A DNA stretch of 63,544 bases, the filler included. It is 5 parts of 5 records of this genome, joined end to end, with 100 filler letters (N's around TTAATTAATTAA, not from the genome) between each part and the next. Parts side by side here need not be neighbours in the genome. Positions count along the whole stretch, not along the records: positions 5,891 to 22,050 come from SRR31156797_3864; 4 more parts are not named here. One strand, 5' to 3'. Below the pieces are notes generated by a model. It saw only the letters and a list, made by a program, of their open reading frames with translations, made no database searches and was not told where the DNA came from. The translations under genes were made by a program, and so were the position numbers. This document shows positions 8,831-18,871 of the stretch, in pieces. How positions within the stretch are numbered: position 1 is the stretch's first letter; each line of letters starts with the position of its first letter.

Positions 8831-10249
8831 CTACAGTTTGTCTATCAGCATGGAACATTTTCCCGAAGGGATGGGAAGGGTCTTCTTCTTTTCTCCCAGT
8901 ATATCAATGGTGAAGTAATAAAGCTTTTCCGATTCAAGGCGGATCTCCCAGCCACGGCCGCTCTTATTGCTCAGAATGGTGATCATGTTCCGCTTGAGGG
9001 AGAGATCCTCAATACCCATCAGTTCCAGGGTGGGAACGATCCAGTCCACCGTCTTGCGGGGAAGGCTGATATAGAGCCCCACGATATTTTCAATCATCAG
9101 GGTGATGGTCGAAAGGGCCGTATAACTGATAAAAAGCTGTCTGTTCTCCATGGACTCATCCTGCATGACCGCAGGCCCCTCGCTCATGGGAGAATAGGCT
9201 TCCCAGAGGGTCCCCTTCTTGTTTCCATCGGGATGAAAGGTATCCAGGATATAGTACATATGGCGTATGGAACACTCGCGCGCGAAGTCATAGCGACCGT
9301 ACTTCTCCAGCCCCTTGATGATCATAAAGGTGAGAAAGGGATACACAGAGCCGCAGAAGCCGTTTCCTTTCTTATCGAATGCCTTTTCGCTCGCCGAAAG
9401 GGAGGGAAAGGGATTGTCCGTACCGAAATGGTCGGGATCCTTTAACAGCTCTATCATATCTTCCGCTCTGGCTTCGTTGGGAATCTCAGCAAGAAGGGGC
9501 CAGAAAGAGGCGGCCGTTTTTACCTTAATATGCTCAAGATCGGCATCCAGGTCATAGTAAATGCTGTCGTCCTGATTCCACATCAGGCTGTTGATTCTTG
9601 TTTTCAGGGAGAAGTACTGCTTCTTGTACTTGAAGCTCAGCTCCTTGTCGTTCAGGATATCACCCAGAGCCGACATATAGAGTGAATTCAATGCCTGCTG
9701 GGCGTTGAAATCAATGGCGAATTTCATCCCTTCCCGGGGTGAGTTCACCATCTGGGTCGCTTCAAGGGGAACGGCGTAAAGTCCCGAATCGGGATCCTTG
9801 AAATTGACATCCAGCCACTCGTAGTACTTTTCCAGATAGGGCATCACCTCTTTGATCCGCTTTTTCTGACCTACCTTGTGATAGAGGTTGTACTCTACCC
9901 AGGCCAGCAGGGGAGGAGCTATTCCCTCGGGGTTGTTGTCAGTGAACACGGCTTCTCCGCTCTCCTGATCATAGCGCTGGCGGATGGCGCCGCTCTCTTC
10001 CTGTTTCTGGTAGAAATTATCCAGCATGGGAGCCACGGGATACCTTATGTTATGATAGACAAGGAAGAACGTAGACATACATGTTTCGAAGAGATCTATA
10101 AAACTGTTTTCTTTGTGATTGAAAAAATTATTATTGAGAGTAGAATTTCCTTTGAACCAGTAATCCTGTATCCACGCCCAGGAGCGGTTGTAGATATCTA
10201 CAAAATCCTGATCATAATAATGTACTTTAGGAAAATCTTTTTTTACCAC
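8831..10249 (-). CDS. (alpha/alpha)6-barrel GH63/MGH1-like (trehalase-like) glycoside hydrolase homolog
   Basis: PPLLAW, MVNSPR, DFNA, LMWNQDDSIYYD, FWPL, GSVYP, GLEKYG and LWEAYSP match the family motif order. Confidence 0.75.
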   Translation of the reverse strand: MVKKDFPKVHYYDQDFVDIYNRSWAWIQDYWFKGNSTLNNNFFNHKENSFIDLFETCMSTFFLVYHNIRYPVAPMLDNFYQKQEESGAIRQRYDQESGEAVFTDNNPEGIAPPLLAWVEYNLYHKVGQKKRIKEVMPYLEKYYEWLDVNFKDPDSGLYAVPLEATQMVNSPREGMKFAIDFNAQQALNSLYMSALGDILNDKELSFKYKKQYFSLKTRINSLMWNQDDSIYYDLDADLEHIKVKTAASFWPLLAEIPNEARAEDMIELLKDPDHFGTDNPFPSLSASEKAFDKKGNGFCGSVYPFLTFMIIKGLEKYGRYDFARECSIRHMYYILDTFHPDGNKKGTLWEAYSPMSEGPAVMQDESMENRQLFISYTALSTITLMIENIVGLYISLPRKTVDWIVPTLELMGIEDLSLKRNMITILSNKSGRGWEIRLESEKLYYFTIDILGEKKKTLPIPSGKCSMLIDKL

Positions 10250-10440
10250 TTATATCACCTCAGATGCTTGCATCAATTAATTCAAATATTTAGAACTTTG
10301 TATAATACTATAAAAAAAGTATTAACACAATGTTCGAGAGTCAAATTTAACCGATAGGAAAAGATGCAGAATAGAGGAGAAAAGCTATTCTTTCCATTGG
10401 AAAATTATAGTACATTTTTAGTCTGCAGGGTTAAAAAAAT

Positions 10441-11046
10441 ATGAAAAAAATAATGGTTCCCTCCGGAACATTTGAAAGCGAATTCACTGAAAAAAAATCA
10501 AGGTTTATCAGCCATCTCTGTCCGGTGGACGATGATCGCGAGGTAAAGCGACTGCTCAAAGAATTCAGAAAGGACCATCCCGAATCACGGCACGTGGTCT
10601 GGTCCTATGTTCTGGGCGACGGGGGAACGCTTTACGGTCTCAGCGATGACGGCGAACCCCATGGTACGGCGGGACGTCCGGTGCTTGAGGTTTTGAAAGG
10701 GAGCGGACTGACCTACGCCGCCCTTTTTGTGATCCGTTATTTCGGAGGAGTCAAGCTGGGTACGGGGGGACTTGTCTCGGCCTATACACGGGCGGCCCAG
10801 GACGTTCTCGCCCTTGCTGAATCGGTGGAAAGGGTCGAACGGATTCCCGTCGGCCTGAGCTGCAGTTACAGCCAGTTCGAAAGGATCAGATCCGTCCTGC
10901 TGGAAAGAGATCTGAAGGATCTGAAGGAAGAGTTCAGCGATGCTGTCGTGCTCGAGGGGGATCTGCCCCTGAGGGAGTACGATCCGTGCAGCCGGGAAAT
11001 TCTCGATCTCAGTAACGGAACTGTTGAGCTGATCAGAATGGACTGA
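10441..11046 (+). CDS. yigZ: YigZ/IMPACT family protein
   Basis: KKSRFI, SDDGEPHGTAGRP, RYFGGVKLGTGGLVSAY. Confidence 0.95.
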   Translation: MKKIMVPSGTFESEFTEKKSRFISHLCPVDDDREVKRLLKEFRKDHPESRHVVWSYVLGDGGTLYGLSDDGEPHGTAGRPVLEVLKGSGLTYAALFVIRYFGGVKLGTGGLVSAYTRAAQDVLALAESVERVERIPVGLSCSYSQFERIRSVLLERDLKDLKEEFSDAVVLEGDLPLREYDPCSREILDLSNGTVELIRMD

Positions 11047-11101
11047 ATCTGTTGCGGTTATCTGATGATTATGTCTATTATGGCGATACTAAGGAGATAT
11101 T

Positions 11102-11938
11102 ATGGGTCATAGTGTTATTCCCGAAGCGGAAGCCGTTCTGGATAAGGAGTTCCCTGTTCTTGATAAGGGATTTGTCCGTTTAGTTGATTATATGGGAGGG
11201 GACGATCGTATCGTGCAGTCCGCGCGGGTCTCCTACGGAAGCGGAACAAAATCCTTCCGCGAGGATAAGGGACTGATAAACTATCTTCTGAGAAACGAGC
11301 ATACCTCCCCCTTCGAGCAGGTTGTTTTCACGTTCCATACCAAGATGCCTATCTTCGTGGCCCGTCAGTGGGTAAGGCACAGAACGGCCAGGGTGAATGA
11401 GATTTCCGGTCGCTACAGTGTTATGAAAAACGAGTTCTATGTACCTTCTGAAGAGGATGTGGCCTTTCAGAGCGTCGATAACAAACAGGGACGTTCCTCC
11501 GAAGAGATACCCGCCGAATTGAAGCGGAAGGTGATCGCCATGCTGGAGGACGAACAGAACAAGGTTTATCAGGGCTATACGGAGCTGCTGGAAGAGAATG
11601 TGGCCCGGGAGCTTGCCCGAATCAATCTCCCCCTGAGTCTGTACACCGAATGGTACTGGCAGATGGATCTGAAGAATATGTTTCATTTCCTGAAGCTCAG
11701 GATGGACGAGCATGCCCAGAAGGAGATCCGGGTCTACGCCGACAGGATCCATGAACTGGTTTCAAAAGTTTGCCCCATTGCCATGGAAGCATTTGACAAC
11801 CATGTCCGCGGTTCTGTACGTTTTTCCGCCGATGAACTGGACGCTCTGGACAGGATTCTGGGAGGGGAGGAAAATCCTCTGACAGGCCGTGACCTGCAGC
11901 GTTTTGAGACGAAGCTGAAAGAGCATAAACAGATCTGA
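11102..11938 (+). CDS. thyX: FAD-dependent thymidylate synthase
   Basis: HTSPFE, ARQWVRHRTARVNEISGRY (RHR-X7-S), ELARINLP, HAQKEIR; AAGGAG SD. Confidence 0.98.
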   Translation: MGHSVIPEAEAVLDKEFPVLDKGFVRLVDYMGGDDRIVQSARVSYGSGTKSFREDKGLINYLLRNEHTSPFEQVVFTFHTKMPIFVARQWVRHRTARVNEISGRYSVMKNEFYVPSEEDVAFQSVDNKQGRSSEEIPAELKRKVIAMLEDEQNKVYQGYTELLEENVARELARINLPLSLYTEWYWQMDLKNMFHFLKLRMDEHAQKEIRVYADRIHELVSKVCPIAMEAFDNHVRGSVRFSADELDALDRILGGEENPLTGRDLQRFETKLKEHKQI

Positions 11939-12024
11939 CAGCAGGCAGGTTCACTGCCGCATTAATACAGCATAGGAGCGGAGCCGATCAGAGGCTGAGG
12001 GCCTGTGGGGATGCCGCTCCCTTT

Positions 12025-14388
12025 TTACAGGTAGGGTTTGATCTTCTGCATCAGCTCGTCCATCTTTTTCGTAAAGGCCGAGCTGATCATCGTATCCGGA
12101 TGATGCTCCGTAAGATTCCGGAAAACCGAGAGGGAGCTCTTCATCTTCGATCTGTCAATATTGAATTCCCTCTTTCTTCCGCGTCTCCTGTCGTAAACAG
12201 AAACCTTCTCTTTGAACTGTTTTCCTCCCGACAGCCTCTTTATTACCGATGCCATCTTCAGGGGTATGGCCTTGTCTATCAGAACCTGTTTCTTCTCCTC
12301 GGGAAGATCATGGGACAGCTCGAAGAGATAGTTCATCATCCCCGCTATATTCAGCGGCTCCTTATCCTCCCCGAGCGGATCCTCTGCCGGAAGATCGTCC
12401 TTCCGGGGGGGATGGGGGCTCTCTTCGGAACCCTGATCGTGCTCCGTCCCCGGCTCACTCGCATCCTGAAACTCGGGATGTCCTTCCAGATAAGGATCCT
12501 CGGGAATGGGCGTTTCGGGGGGATAATAGTCAGGTGGCGGAGGAGGGTAATAGGGAGGCTGCTGCATCTCCGGGGGAGGGGCGATCTCTTCCTCGTCCTC
12601 CCCGGGAATCAGGCCTTCGTTCATCAGCTCGGTATAGACGTCTTCCATATCCTCACTGTTTTCCTCGAGGATAAGGGTGTCCTCCTCCTCGTTGATCTTG
12701 ATCACCGGCTCCATGGCATTTATATCCAGCAGGCTGACCGCGTCCTCTTCCTCCAGAGGGATCCCGGGCGCCCGGGGACCGGCGGTGTAAGCCGTATCGC
12801 CGCCGGGATTCATATCCCTCATGGCTATCTGACGCATCTTGTTCAGGTTGTTATGCCAGTTTTCCGAACCCGCTTCGAAGGAGGCGACTGTTTTTTCATA
12901 GAGCTCCAGGGTATTCGTCAGCTGGTCGAAGTCTTCGCTCCTCCCCGAGGTTCCCTGCAGATTGAGAAGGGATTCCAGTTTGCCCACCGCTTTCTCTCTG
13001 TTGCCGGACTGAAAGTAGGCTTCAGCCATATCGGTCAGGGCGCCGGCATCCTGATTCAGATCGGGATCGTCATCCAGCTGCTCGTAATAGGAAGCCGCGT
13101 CCTCCTGACGTCCGAGACTTTGAAGGATTCTGGCCTTTACGGCCAGGGCCTTCTTGTCCTCCGGATTGCCTTCCAGGTACTCGTCGATATACTTGAGAGC
13201 GTCCTCTCCCCTGTTCACCCTCAGATAGGCCTCGGAAAGGGTGAGGAGAATGGACTTGTCAGAAGGATCTATCTTGAAAATTTCTATGACGCAGGAGCGA
13301 ACCAGATCGGGTCGCTTCTCCAGGGCGTACAGTTCCGCCAGGCATCTGTAGGCCTCGAGGCTGTCGTTCTGTCGTTCCAGGATATGATTATAAACCTTTT
13401 CCGCCTCTTTATAACGCCCCTGTTTTGTCAGGATAGAGGCTATCTGAAGCCTGATATTCATGTCCTCGGGGTGGTAATTGGCCAGCTTGTTCAATTCTTC
13501 CAGGGCCTCCTGGAGAGAGTTTTCACTCATGTAAAGCTGTTTCAGATTGAATGTCGCCGCCTTGTAACTGGGATCCTTGGTCAGAGCTTTCTTGAAAAAC
13601 TGGCGGGCCTTTTCGTTGTCGCCCTTCTGGGCATGGATGGTTCCCATATTGCTGATGGCCCGAATATTATCCGGATCCTTATCCAGAAGCTGGGAAAATT
13701 TCTGCTGAGCTTCGTCGAGGTGGCCCTGGTTCTGAAGGACCTCGCCCAGATTGCTCAGGCTGGGTGTCCATCCGGGTCTGAATTTTAAGGATTCCTCATA
13801 CTGGCTGCGGGCCTGATCCATGTTTCCCCTGTCCTGGTAGGTAATTCCCAGGTTGTAATGCAGGGTGGCGTTGTTCCCGTCGATGGAAAGCCCCTGGCGA
13901 TAGACCTCCTCCGCCTTTTCATAGTCGTTACTTTGCTCGTAGATGGTTCCCAGGTTGTTGTAGGAACGGATATATGAGGGATCCTGCTCTATCGATCTTC
14001 TATACCATTTTTCTGCGGATTCCGTGGAGCCGCTCTTTTTGAAGAGGTTTCCCAGGTTATAGCTGATATCCGGCCGTTCAGGCGCCAGTTCTGCCGCCTG
14101 AAGAAAGGCTACCTCCGCCTTGGCGAAGTCTCCGCTGTTCTTATAGGCAACGCCGAGATTATTATAGGCCTCCGGATTGTCCGGCGCCAGGTTAATGGCC
14201 TTTTTATACTCGCCTATGGCCTTGTCCGGTGCCTGCTGAGCTTCATGGATGTTTCCGGAAAGAATAAGAAACAGGGGATTCTCTCCCGCCGTATTCAGAA
14301 GCTGATCTATCATCTTACGGGACAGATCGTAGTCTTCCAGAAGGTAGGCTGAAACAGCCCTGTTGTACTTATTCTGATAATCGCTCAT
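12025..14388 (-). CDS. Tetratricopeptide-repeat protein with acidic/Pro-rich linker and C-terminal helical domain
   Basis: Many TPRs (AYNNLGVAY, YNLGNLF, YNNLGTIY, SNLGEVL), then an E/P-rich region (PPYYPPPPPDYYPP). Confidence 0.88.
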   Translation of the reverse strand: MSDYQNKYNRAVSAYLLEDYDLSRKMIDQLLNTAGENPLFLILSGNIHEAQQAPDKAIGEYKKAINLAPDNPEAYNNLGVAYKNSGDFAKAEVAFLQAAELAPERPDISYNLGNLFKKSGSTESAEKWYRRSIEQDPSYIRSYNNLGTIYEQSNDYEKAEEVYRQGLSIDGNNATLHYNLGITYQDRGNMDQARSQYEESLKFRPGWTPSLSNLGEVLQNQGHLDEAQQKFSQLLDKDPDNIRAISNMGTIHAQKGDNEKARQFFKKALTKDPSYKAATFNLKQLYMSENSLQEALEELNKLANYHPEDMNIRLQIASILTKQGRYKEAEKVYNHILERQNDSLEAYRCLAELYALEKRPDLVRSCVIEIFKIDPSDKSILLTLSEAYLRVNRGEDALKYIDEYLEGNPEDKKALAVKARILQSLGRQEDAASYYEQLDDDPDLNQDAGALTDMAEAYFQSGNREKAVGKLESLLNLQGTSGRSEDFDQLTNTLELYEKTVASFEAGSENWHNNLNKMRQIAMRDMNPGGDTAYTAGPRAPGIPLEEEDAVSLLDINAMEPVIKINEEEDTLILEENSEDMEDVYTELMNEGLIPGEDEEEIAPPPEMQQPPYYPPPPPDYYPPETPIPEDPYLEGHPEFQDASEPGTEHDQGSEESPHPPRKDDLPAEDPLGEDKEPLNIAGMMNYLFELSHDLPEEKKQVLIDKAIPLKMASVIKRLSGGKQFKEKVSVYDRRRGRKREFNIDRSKMKSSLSVFRNLTEHHPDTMISSAFTKKMDELMQKIKPYL

Positions 14389-14398
14389 TAAACTTCCT

Positions 14399-15880
14399 TC
14401 AGGGTCTTACGGAGATTTCTTCCGAGAAATCGCTGTATCTTGGTTCGGCTCCGCCAGTGTATGATCTTACGGAAAAGAAATACTGTTTGAAAGGTGAGAG
14501 CCCGTCAATAAAAGTATAATTCTCTTTTTCAATTTTAACGGGGCTTCCCGGATAAATATACTCTCCCGGCTTTTCCCCGAAGAACAGGAGGTAACCCACC
14601 ACATCCGGAGTCGCCGAGGGAGTCCATTCCAGGCGAATGCCCTCTTCCTCTTTCTCGAAGCGGATATGGGTAGGCGGCAGTGGGGGGAAGGAGGGGGTGT
14701 ACCCGATATCCAGAAACGAAAGGCTGGGAGATATGTCGTTTTTCATGTCCGGAAAAAGGAGGAAGGATATGACCAGAAAGCGGCCCTTCGCTCCCTGGAT
14801 GCCATCTTCGACGGGGGTCCATATCCCGTCATTCGCCATGATGCTCTCTTCGCCCTTGAAGGATTGGCGGGCCCGTTCCGCCTCGAGAAGACTGTTGGTG
14901 GCCAGATAATAGCCGTAGACAGCCGTGTTGTCCGGGCTGCCTGCCATAACCTCGATCTTGTCTATACGGGAATCGCTGAAGTCCAGGTCCAGAACGGGGC
15001 TGACCCCGTAGCCCGGTCTGTTATAGCGGCTGATAGACGGGGCGTCGTTGAATCGGCGTTCTATTCTGAACTCATCCATAAAACCGGTGAAGCCGTCGCC
15101 CAGTATGATCTTTCCCGGTTCCTCGCCGATGCGGGGAGTGAAAACGGTGTTGGACTCATTCCCCCCGGGGGTGGTGTAGATAATTGCCGAAGGGAGTCCG
15201 TTGATCAGATACTCCAGCATACCCGTACGGCTGTCAAACCTCAGCAGATGATGGTTCCACTGCCGGGGCAGGACGGCGTCGCCGGATATATCATAATGGG
15301 ATTCGGGGGTATCCGGAAGCTGAAACACGTTGTTGAAGCTCCACACCAGACGGCGGTTGATGAAGTGGCAGAGTATGGACTGGGAGTAGATCTCGTCGTC
15401 CTTGCGGCCGAGTCCTTCCCAGGAGATGATTCGCTCTCCCTCCCTGGGATTGGCGGGATAGAGCCAGAATTCGATGGAGAAATCCTCCCAGTTGGAGTAG
15501 GGAGAGAAGAGGGTATCCGAGTCGTCCGACTGGAGGACAAGCCTGTTCTCCCTGTTGAAGGTGGCGCTGCCGCTTCCGGATTTGAAGTAGCGGCTGCCGT
15601 ATACGGGGTGAGCTTCCAGACGGTAGTGCCCGGTCCTGTCCGTAGCGCTTTCCCGGTTAAGGGAGAGGAGGAGGTCCGTATACTCATCGCTGACCGTCAG
15701 TTCCGTCCGGCTCAGGACCAGATCCAGGAATCCCCCTTTTCCCGGAGAGCTTTCCAGGTTATGGAGGATCGTGCCTTTCCATCCGTCTTCCGCGCCGAGC
15801 TGAATGTTTTCCGCCGCGAGAAAGGGAAATATGAGAAAGAGATGAAAAAGCAGTATAAAAAGAGTTGATTTTATTTTCAT
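14399..15880 (-). CDS. Exported LamG/concanavalin-like plus fibronectin type III protein
   Basis: Signal peptide; FSIEFWLYP, QWNHH, FTGFMDEFRI (LamG); C-terminal PPT..LEWTP..VGY..GLSP..YFFSV (FN3). Confidence 0.8.
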   Translation of the reverse strand: MKIKSTLFILLFHLFLIFPFLAAENIQLGAEDGWKGTILHNLESSPGKGGFLDLVLSRTELTVSDEYTDLLLSLNRESATDRTGHYRLEAHPVYGSRYFKSGSGSATFNRENRLVLQSDDSDTLFSPYSNWEDFSIEFWLYPANPREGERIISWEGLGRKDDEIYSQSILCHFINRRLVWSFNNVFQLPDTPESHYDISGDAVLPRQWNHHLLRFDSRTGMLEYLINGLPSAIIYTTPGGNESNTVFTPRIGEEPGKIILGDGFTGFMDEFRIERRFNDAPSISRYNRPGYGVSPVLDLDFSDSRIDKIEVMAGSPDNTAVYGYYLATNSLLEAERARQSFKGEESIMANDGIWTPVEDGIQGAKGRFLVISFLLFPDMKNDISPSLSFLDIGYTPSFPPLPPTHIRFEKEEEGIRLEWTPSATPDVVGYLLFFGEKPGEYIYPGSPVKIEKENYTFIDGLSPFKQYFFSVRSYTGGAEPRYSDFSEEISVRP

Positions 15881-15911
15881 GGTATTCTACTAAAAGTATT
15901 ATCGGTGAATT

Positions 15912-17729
15912 ATGGAAAGGAATAAAGACAGAGTCGAATCTCTTAAGGAACAGATACGGGATTTTCCCCTTCAGCCCGGCGTCTACCTGATGAAGGACGC
16001 CCATAAAAAGATTATTTATATTGGGAAGGCCGTCAATCTGAGGAACCGGGTGCGCTCCTATTTTTCGGGAGAGAAGGACATCAAGACCAGAACCCTGGTG
16101 CGTCAGATACACGGGATCGAACATATCGTCTGCAAAAGCGAGTATGAAGCCCTTCTTCTGGAGAACAATCTCATAAAGAAGTGGAATCCCCGCTATAACA
16201 TCAACCTGAAGGACGGGAAGAGCTATCCCGTCATCCGCATCACTTCGGAGGATTTCCCCCGGGTGTTCAGGACCAGAAACGTCGTCAATGACGGCTCCCG
16301 CTACTACGGTCCCTATCCGGATGTCAAGGTTCTGGACGAGACCCTGGATCTGATCAAGAAGATGCTTCCCCTGCGGCGCTGCCGGGTGCTGAAGAAAAGG
16401 GAGAATCCCTGCCTCTACTACCATATGGGCAAATGCGCGGGGCCCTGTGCCGGTCTGATCAGCAGGGAGGAGTACCGTTCTCTGGTCAACAAGGCCCGGT
16501 CCATCCTGACAGGGCGGACCGCCGGGCTGGAAAAAGAGCTGCTGAAGGAGATCAAGGCTCTGTCGGAGGCCCTGGAGTTTGAAAAGGCGGCGGAGCTCCG
16601 TGATCTGATCCTGGCCATGCAAAAGCTGCAGACCGAACAGAAGGTGGAGGATTTCGAGCAGGAGAGCCGGGATTATATCGGCGTGGACAGCTCGGGAAGC
16701 CACTATGTTTTTGCGGTGATTCAGATGCGGCGCGGCAAGCTGCTGGGGAAGGAGTCTTACAGAAGCGAGTACTACGGCGAAGAGAAGGAAGCGGTTCAGG
16801 AGTTTCTTCTGCGCTATTACGGAAACCCGGACAGGGACTTTCCGGTACGCACCTTCATCTCTCTCCGTGAGCGCTCTCTTATCCAGGACTACCTGAGGAG
16901 GGAGGTCAGGGGAGCCGAAGAGCTCAGTCTGGAGATACCCCGTTCCAAGAGAGACCAGGCCGTACTGAACATGGCTGTGGAAAACGCCCGCAGCGATCTG
17001 GCCCGGAAGCTTCAGGACCTGGGAAACATACCCGCCCTGGAGGATCTTCAGGCCGTCCTGGGGATGAGCAAGCTTCCCAGAAGGATAGAGGGTTTCGATA
17101 TCGCCCAGCTCGATGGTCACTTTACCGTGGCCTCGCTGATCTCGTTCAAGGACGGGAACCCGGACCGCCGCAACTACAGGCACTTCAATATCCGCTCCCT
17201 CCAGGGCGGCATAGACGATTTCAAGGCCATCAGCGAGGCCGTGGCCCGGCGCTATACCAGGCTGATGAACGAGAAGAAGGAGCTGCCCGACCTGATCCTG
17301 ATCGACGGGGGAAAGGGGCAGGTGAGCGCCGCTGTATCCGTACTGGAGGCGCTGGGCCTGAATATTCCCCTGATCGGCCTGGCCAAGAAGGAGGAGCTGA
17401 TCTACCTTCCCGGAGAAAGCGACCCAATAGACCTTCCCGAAGGGGACAGGGCCCTCAGGGTTCTCCAGCATGTGAGGGACGAGACCCACCGCTTCGCTAC
17501 GGGGCACAACCAGAAGCTGCGGAAGAAACAGCTCTCCCTGAGTTCGCTGGAAAACATCCCCGGCATCGGTCCTGCCAGGAGCCGCAAGCTGCTGACGGGA
17601 TTCGGCTCCATGGAGAATCTCTATGCGGCCGCCGCCGAGGATATCTCCCAAACCGGAGGAATCAGTTTGGAAGCGGCAGAAATGATAAAGCAGTATCTCT
17701 CACGGAAGGAGCGTGCCGAGGAGACATAA
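15912..17729 (+). CDS. uvrC: Excinuclease ABC subunit C
   Basis: GIY-YIG (PGVYLM..IYIGKA), RIEGFDI, LIDGGKGQ, RDETHRFA, HhH tail. Confidence 0.98.
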   Translation: MERNKDRVESLKEQIRDFPLQPGVYLMKDAHKKIIYIGKAVNLRNRVRSYFSGEKDIKTRTLVRQIHGIEHIVCKSEYEALLLENNLIKKWNPRYNINLKDGKSYPVIRITSEDFPRVFRTRNVVNDGSRYYGPYPDVKVLDETLDLIKKMLPLRRCRVLKKRENPCLYYHMGKCAGPCAGLISREEYRSLVNKARSILTGRTAGLEKELLKEIKALSEALEFEKAAELRDLILAMQKLQTEQKVEDFEQESRDYIGVDSSGSHYVFAVIQMRRGKLLGKESYRSEYYGEEKEAVQEFLLRYYGNPDRDFPVRTFISLRERSLIQDYLRREVRGAEELSLEIPRSKRDQAVLNMAVENARSDLARKLQDLGNIPALEDLQAVLGMSKLPRRIEGFDIAQLDGHFTVASLISFKDGNPDRRNYRHFNIRSLQGGIDDFKAISEAVARRYTRLMNEKKELPDLILIDGGKGQVSAAVSVLEALGLNIPLIGLAKKEELIYLPGESDPIDLPEGDRALRVLQHVRDETHRFATGHNQKLRKKQLSLSSLENIPGIGPARSRKLLTGFGSMENLYAAAAEDISQTGGISLEAAEMIKQYLSRKERAEET

Positions 17730-18777
17730 AGCGGATCTTGTCCTGGATGTAGCTGAGCTTTTCACTGTTCAGGACGACCCTCTTCAGCGGGGTGCCCCGG
17801 ATCTCACTCTGTTCATATCCGTAAAAATTCCTGTACTGACTGCTCTTCCCCGAGTCGTACCAGTAGACCAGTTCCATCTTTTCGTTATCGATCTCGATGG
17901 CGGATATTCCCCTTTTCCCGATGGCGCATCCCGAGTTGAACAGGCAGGGAATCAGCTCTTCCGCGCTGTAAAGCTTTGAGATATGGAGTTCGCTGGCCTG
18001 CCGTACCAGGAAGAGCTCCCTCTGGGTGGCCCTGATCTCCCTCTCTATGGTTTTCCGGGAATAGCTGTCCGAACTGCGGTAGTTCCGGATAAGAAAATCC
18101 AGACGGTAGCGAAGGGAATCGGTCTTGGAGAGGGATTCGAAGAGGGGCCTGTGGGTATGTCCGATAATAGAGATAAGGCCGGCCCTTGAGGAGGCCTCAT
18201 AGGCGCGGATCTCGGTTCTCAGCTTCTTACGATTGGTAGGGGACTTTGAGTAATTCATAATGCCCAGGGGGTAGGCTATGTACTGCAGGGTGTAGCGACA
18301 GAGCTTTTCGAAGCGCATCAGCAGCTCTGAGAACTGATGGCCGTGATAGATCAGAATCTCCCCGTTTCCCGTTTCCATACTGAGGGCCTCATGGAGGGGG
18401 AACGGATAATCCCCTGGAGGAGAGTGAAGCGGAAAATCATGATTCCCCAGGGTCTTGGAGAACCGGCCCTCCCTGTGGAAGGCCTGAAAGAGCTCATAAT
18501 GGGAGGACCAGCGTCTGCGAATTTTCTCCCATTGGAACTTCTGGAGTTCCTCAATATCCCCATTCAGGATAAGATGGTGGCCCGAAGGGTAATAGTAGCG
18601 GCTGAGTATATCGAACACGGGATCGGCGTTTCGTTTGAAATCATCCCTTGAGCCGCCGTTTCCCATATGGAAATCACTGAGGATAACGAATCTGCGACCC
18701 TTGAAAGGGATTTTCAATGCTTTTTTTCTAGTCTCCTGGAGGATCTGGCTCCAGGGGGAGAACTGTATGGAATCCAT
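17662..18777 (-). CDS. Calcineurin-like metallophosphoesterase (LpxH-like)
   Basis: SDFH, NGDIEE, GNHD, HGH, GHTH, NSG motifs. Start taken as ATG 18777 because the track's 18921 start overlaps the divergent gene; 3' end overlaps uvrC by 68 nt. Confidence 0.85.
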   Translation of the reverse strand: MDSIQFSPWSQILQETRKKALKIPFKGRRFVILSDFHMGNGGSRDDFKRNADPVFDILSRYYYPSGHHLILNGDIEELQKFQWEKIRRRWSSHYELFQAFHREGRFSKTLGNHDFPLHSPPGDYPFPLHEALSMETGNGEILIYHGHQFSELLMRFEKLCRYTLQYIAYPLGIMNYSKSPTNRKKLRTEIRAYEASSRAGLISIIGHTHRPLFESLSKTDSLRYRLDFLIRNYRSSDSYSRKTIEREIRATQRELFLVRQASELHISKLYSAEELIPCLFNSGCAIGKRGISAIEIDNEKMELVYWYDSGKSSQYRNFYGYEQSEIRGTPLKRVVLNSEKLSYIQDKIRFMSPRHAPSVRDTALSFLPLPN

Positions 18778-18871
18778 AATCTTAATATCAATCATGAGAT
18801 GACAGGTTTTGGTATGAAATTGGTTAGGATTCTGTTCAATAATCTCATAACCGAAGGTTTGTAATAGTGTA

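Noticed and set aside
11102-11938. thyX (and dut at 28568-29023) as phage markers
   Set aside because: Both lie among cellular genes on different contigs; no integrase, terminase or structural genes.
15759-17651. Long antisense ORFs (630 aa here; also 12100-13788, 14666-15868, 22099-23427, 24797-26260, 6132-7001)
   Set aside because: Antisense shadows of well-supported genes in GC-rich DNA; no recognisable motifs.
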